From a bacterium (lineage in GTDB: Bacteria; Hinthialibacterota; Hinthialibacteria; Hinthialibacterales; Hinthialibacteraceae): 64,000 bases of DNA. A program made the position numbers and the translations under genes. The DNA lies in the NCBI GenBank assembly GCA_041946805.1, contig JBHGBC010000014.1, positions 12,390 through 76,389 on the forward strand, in the 5' to 3' direction. Position 1 is the first letter of the stretch. Each line of letters opens with the position of its first letter. Below the pieces are notes generated by a model. That model did no database searches. It saw nothing but the letters and a program-made list of their open reading frames with translations, and was not told where the DNA came from. This document shows positions 60,740 to 64,000 of the stretch, piece by piece.

Positions 60740-61663
60740 TCAGCGGCCGTATTTTTGCAGGAACGGCTTCAGGAATTCCTGCGCCTTGCGGGTCACTTCC
60801 CAGGCTTCCGGCCAGAAGCACAGGTCGATGGTCCACCAATTTCCGGTGAATTCGGCGTCGCGGATGATGGCGGTCAGCGCCTCGTCGAAGTTGATCTTGC
60901 CTTCGCCGAACGGCCGGTGGGTGCTGGTCTCGTTGCCGTGCAAGGTGCCGTCCGAATCGATCAGGTGGACATGGCCGATATGGCCCTTGAGCATCCGCGC
61001 GAACTCGGCCACGCCGCCGGGCAGGGTTTCCTTCTGGCCCGGCTGGCGCGCGCCCACCACGGCGCACATGTAGGCGTGGCACGTATCGAAGAGCACGGAG
61101 AAGTTGGGATGATCGACGGCCTTCACCAGGTTCACCACTTCGCTGGGTTTGTTGAAGAGAAAGCCTGGTTCGAACTCCCAGATCAATTTCACGCCGAAAT
61201 CCTCGGCGATTCCGGCGCATTTCCGCCACAGGTTGGCGATGCGCTCGAAGGCCGCGGGGCGTTCCACGCCGGGAATGCCATCCGGCCCGTTGACGCAGTC
61301 CACGCGCAGGGCGGGCGCGCCGAGGTCCAGGGCCAGCTGCAGGTTTTTCTTGAAGAGTTTGATATACAAATCGTTCTTCTGCGCCTCATCGGTTCCCGGG
61401 CCCGGGTAGGCCCAGAAATCGGCGGCCATGCCGGAGACTTCGAGGCCGTTGGCGCGGATGAGGTTTTTGAGTTTGTCGCGGTCGGCCTTCATGGGATAAT
61501 CATCCGGGTGGACATGAGGCCGGAACGCGCCGACCTCGATGCCATCGAAGCCGTAGGCTCCCAGTTGGCGGACGACGGTATCAAAGGGGACCGGGTTGGA
61601 TTCATAGGGGCCGAAGGCGTATGCCCACGAGCCGATGGATAGTTTGACAGACATGCTTGCCAT
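60740..61663 (-). CDS. Sugar phosphate isomerase/epimerase (xylose-isomerase-like TIM barrel)
   Basis: GGAGG RBS; GFDGIE, WEFEPG, FDTCH, HVHLIDSDG, HRPFGEG. Confidence 0.88.
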   Translation of the reverse strand: MASMSVKLSIGSWAYAFGPYESNPVPFDTVVRQLGAYGFDGIEVGAFRPHVHPDDYPMKADRDKLKNLIRANGLEVSGMAADFWAYPGPGTDEAQKNDLYIKLFKKNLQLALDLGAPALRVDCVNGPDGIPGVERPAAFERIANLWRKCAGIAEDFGVKLIWEFEPGFLFNKPSEVVNLVKAVDHPNFSVLFDTCHAYMCAVVGARQPGQKETLPGGVAEFARMLKGHIGHVHLIDSDGTLHGNETSTHRPFGEGKINFDEALTAIIRDAEFTGNWWTIDLCFWPEAWEVTRKAQEFLKPFLQKYGR

Positions 61664-61763
61664 ACCTCCCCGATAAGGTTGTATGTTTGCGCGCGGCGGC
61701 TGGGCCAACGGGACACCGGGTTGGAAGAAGGACGATACCTTCCCGGCTCCATTCCAGCCTATT

Positions 61764-62870
61764 CTACAGTTTCGGCGGGTAGCAGACGGTGACTTCCAAC
61801 TTTTCCGCACCCGTGTTGATCAATTTATATCCAGGCAGGCAGGTGGGGATGAACACCGAGCGGCTCTTGGCGATGGGCGCATCGCCGAAGGATCCCCGGA
61901 TGATTCCCTGCCCCTGGGTGGGGACCAGGCAATGGAAGCCTTGGCCGCCCGGCATGTCGACTTCCTTGCCCACGCGCAGGCGGCTGACCCAGAAATACTT
62001 TTGGGCTTCATCGGGGACCAGTTGCTCCTCGACGCTGCCGTTCTGCTCGCGGACCACCTTGGGGGTGCGCTTGACGTATTTGTTCAAATATTCCTCGGGC
62101 ATGGCCTCGAAGCGGGCGGCGTCGAGGGCGGTGTCCCAATCCAGGCCGCAGGCGGCGTCCTCGCGCTTGTAGGGGTAGCCTTCCCATTCGGCCAGGATGT
62201 TCCAGTCGGTGGGTTCCTGCGGTTCAAGGATGCAGAGGCCCGCGCCCAGCGAGTGCACCCAGCCGTCGGTCAGGTAGATCACGTCGCCGGCCTTGGGCTC
62301 GATCACATGCATGTGTTTGCGCATGGTCTCGACGTCCTGGGCTTCCATCCATTGCTTGAATTCCTGCTTGGTGATGTCGCGCTTGAAGCCGACCCAGGCC
62401 TTGGCGCCGGGGCGGGTGTCGATGACGATCCAGGCCTCGTTCTTGCCAAAGGGCGAATTGAGGTGCTCGGACGAGAATTTCGGGGAGGGGTGCCAATGCA
62501 CGGGGATGTGGGCGTTGTCGCCGACGTCGAAAATCTTGAGCAGCACGCCCAGCTTGGCCCCGAATTTTGCGAAATGCTTGCGGCCCAGGGTCTCGTCCGG
62601 AAAGGCTTCCAACAACTCCGTCAATAGAATGGTCCCGCCGCCGGGCAACTGCACCCGGCTGATGCCCTTGTCGGGAGGATTGTCGCGGCCCGGGGTGATG
62701 GCCCGGTTGGTCGAGAAGATCCATTCCTCGGACCGGAAATCGTCCTTGGGGTCGGGTTCGCCCATGAACTTGGCGCGCAGTTTTCCCCCGTTGTAGAAGT
62801 GGAGATAGGTGTTGGGCGCCAGGTACACCGGCTTTTCCAGCAATTTCTTCAGTTCCTCTTTGGATGCCAT
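61764..62870 (-). CDS. Class I mannose-6-phosphate isomerase-like cupin
   Basis: SEEW, LLKIFD..IPVHWHP, GKNEAW, VHSLGAG..EPQEPTD. Confidence 0.85.
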   Translation of the reverse strand: MASKEELKKLLEKPVYLAPNTYLHFYNGGKLRAKFMGEPDPKDDFRSEEWIFSTNRAITPGRDNPPDKGISRVQLPGGGTILLTELLEAFPDETLGRKHFAKFGAKLGVLLKIFDVGDNAHIPVHWHPSPKFSSEHLNSPFGKNEAWIVIDTRPGAKAWVGFKRDITKQEFKQWMEAQDVETMRKHMHVIEPKAGDVIYLTDGWVHSLGAGLCILEPQEPTDWNILAEWEGYPYKREDAACGLDWDTALDAARFEAMPEEYLNKYVKRTPKVVREQNGSVEEQLVPDEAQKYFWVSRLRVGKEVDMPGGQGFHCLVPTQGQGIIRGSFGDAPIAKSRSVFIPTCLPGYKLINTGAEKLEVTVCYPPKL

Positions 62871-63480
62871 GTGAAAACCTCCAAGATCTATTGTCCCAAA
62901 TCAATTCAATACCGTAGCGGCACGGTTTCTCCGCGTTACGGGGTATATCCTAACCCAATTGGGCAAGCACTGTATAGTGGAAGAAGGGGAGAAAAAGCGA
63001 TCCAGGGAGGATGCCTGCGGGGGGGAGGACTGATACCGGTTTTCCCTCGCCCGGAGCCCCATCCGGGGGAAGGGGAAACAAGGAGGTACTGGCTTCCAGT
63101 CCGCGAGTGAACCGCCCCTGACCGGGAAGACCCGGCCATGCCGGGATTCACCAGGTTCGGTTGAGTTTTTCCAACATCGATCACATTACCCAAACGGTAC
63201 GGGTTAATCGATTGTACGCAAAGCCAATAAGGCTCCCTTTCAGGGCTTCCCTCACCCTACCCCTCTCCCAGAGGGAGGGAATTGGTTACCTTGGTCCTGT
63301 CTATAATTCTTGGGCTGGTAGAAAAGCGCCATTGGCGCTGGCACGGCCATCCTGCATTTTTGGAACTCATTCATGACGAAAACTCAACAAAACCTAGAGA
63401 AAGGGCTTGCCAGGAAAAACCTGACAAGCCCTGATCATGCCGTGCGGTACATCGCCGCCGGCCCGGCGGGCGGGCAGCGG

Positions 63481-63855
63481 CTAGTCCTTCTCGGGCGGCA
63501 CGAAGCCGGTGAGTTGGATAAAGGACATGGCGGCGCCGTCGGTGGCGCGCGTACCCAGGCGGAAGATCTGGGTATAGCCGCCGGGGCGGTCCTTCATGTC
63601 GGGGGCGATTTCGGTGAACAGTTTCTTGAGGACGCTCTTGTCACGAATCACACGGGCGACTTTGCGGCGTGCGTGGAGCGAATCGTCCTTGGCGATGGTG
63701 ATCAGGGGTTCGACGACCCGCCGCAGTTCCTTGCTTTTCGCCAGGGTGGTCTTGATGCGGCCGTGGCGGAGGAGTGAGACGGCCTGGTTGGCCAGCAGGG
63801 CTTCGCGGTGAGCGGAGGTGCGTCCCAGTTTGCGTAATTTGCGTTTGTGAATCAT
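63481..63855 (-). CDS. rplQ: 50S ribosomal protein L17
   Basis: MIHKRKLRKLGRTSAHREAL..IKTTLAKSKEL..RPGGYT..R..DGA. Confidence 0.96.
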   Translation of the reverse strand: MIHKRKLRKLGRTSAHREALLANQAVSLLRHGRIKTTLAKSKELRRVVEPLITIAKDDSLHARRKVARVIRDKSVLKKLFTEIAPDMKDRPGGYTQIFRLGTRATDGAAMSFIQLTGFVPPEKD

Positions 63856-63891
63856 TGGTCCATAACTCCATGCGGAAGGTTGAGATCCGGT

Positions 63892-64000
63892 TCAGGATTC
63901 GCTTTCTTCTTTCATTTCGCCCGCGGTGACGCCCTCCTCGAAGTCTTCCTCCTCATCGGAAAGCAGGACGGCAAAGGGTTCGTCTTTGACGACTCTCTTT
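63892..64000 (-). CDS. 3' end of the upstream gene (acidic tail), probably rpoA by synteny
   Basis: Open frame ..KRVVKDEPFAVLLSDEEEDFEEGVTAGEMKEESES*. rpoA normally precedes rplQ, but no diagnostic motif is visible here. Confidence 0.5.
   Translation of the reverse strand, partial: KRVVKDEPFAVLLSDEEEDFEEGVTAGEMKEESES

Noticed and set aside
63085..63170. Nested stems (GAACC...GGTTC, CCCGG...CCGGG) as a possible SRP, 6S or tRNA
   Set aside because: Diagnostic motifs are missing; an Rfam scan would be needed.

Overview
A GC-rich bacterial chromosomal segment. The lineage is inferred only: the pilin-like paralogs and repeat families resemble those I recall from uncultured Sumerlaeota/OLB16-like genomes. 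Content in order: an internally deleted ISL3 remnant; many secreted carbohydrate-related genes (GH123/DUF4091-like, two large TIM-barrel GH-like proteins, a beta-helix protein, a lactonase, a PL10 pectate lyase), with three diversified type IV pilin-like genes among the first of them; a pilB-pilT-pilB cluster with TPR and GT-C genes; PP2C, GT9, SMUG1 and two FGE-fold genes; an ECF sigma/anti-sigma pair; an O-antigen-ligase/TPR gene; a stand-alone ilvD; rubrerythrin plus bacterioferritin; a vWA/HYR protein; two sugar-catabolic clusters; and rplQ with the probable 3' end of rpoA. Intergenic DNA is full of nested REP/MITE-like modules. The most unusual observation is a Tat-signal protein (58269-58784) whose extreme C-terminus is a near-exact planctomycete-type pilin N-terminal helix (LVVIAIIAVLIGLLLPAVQKVR*). 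Also notable are the hypervariable pilin family next to glycan genes, a probable CTG-initiated GT9, a chain of ATGA-coupled micro-ORFs, and a ~125-bp repeated element that brackets ilvD. I found no CRISPR, rRNA or tRNA. All family assignments are by eye from motifs; no database was searched.
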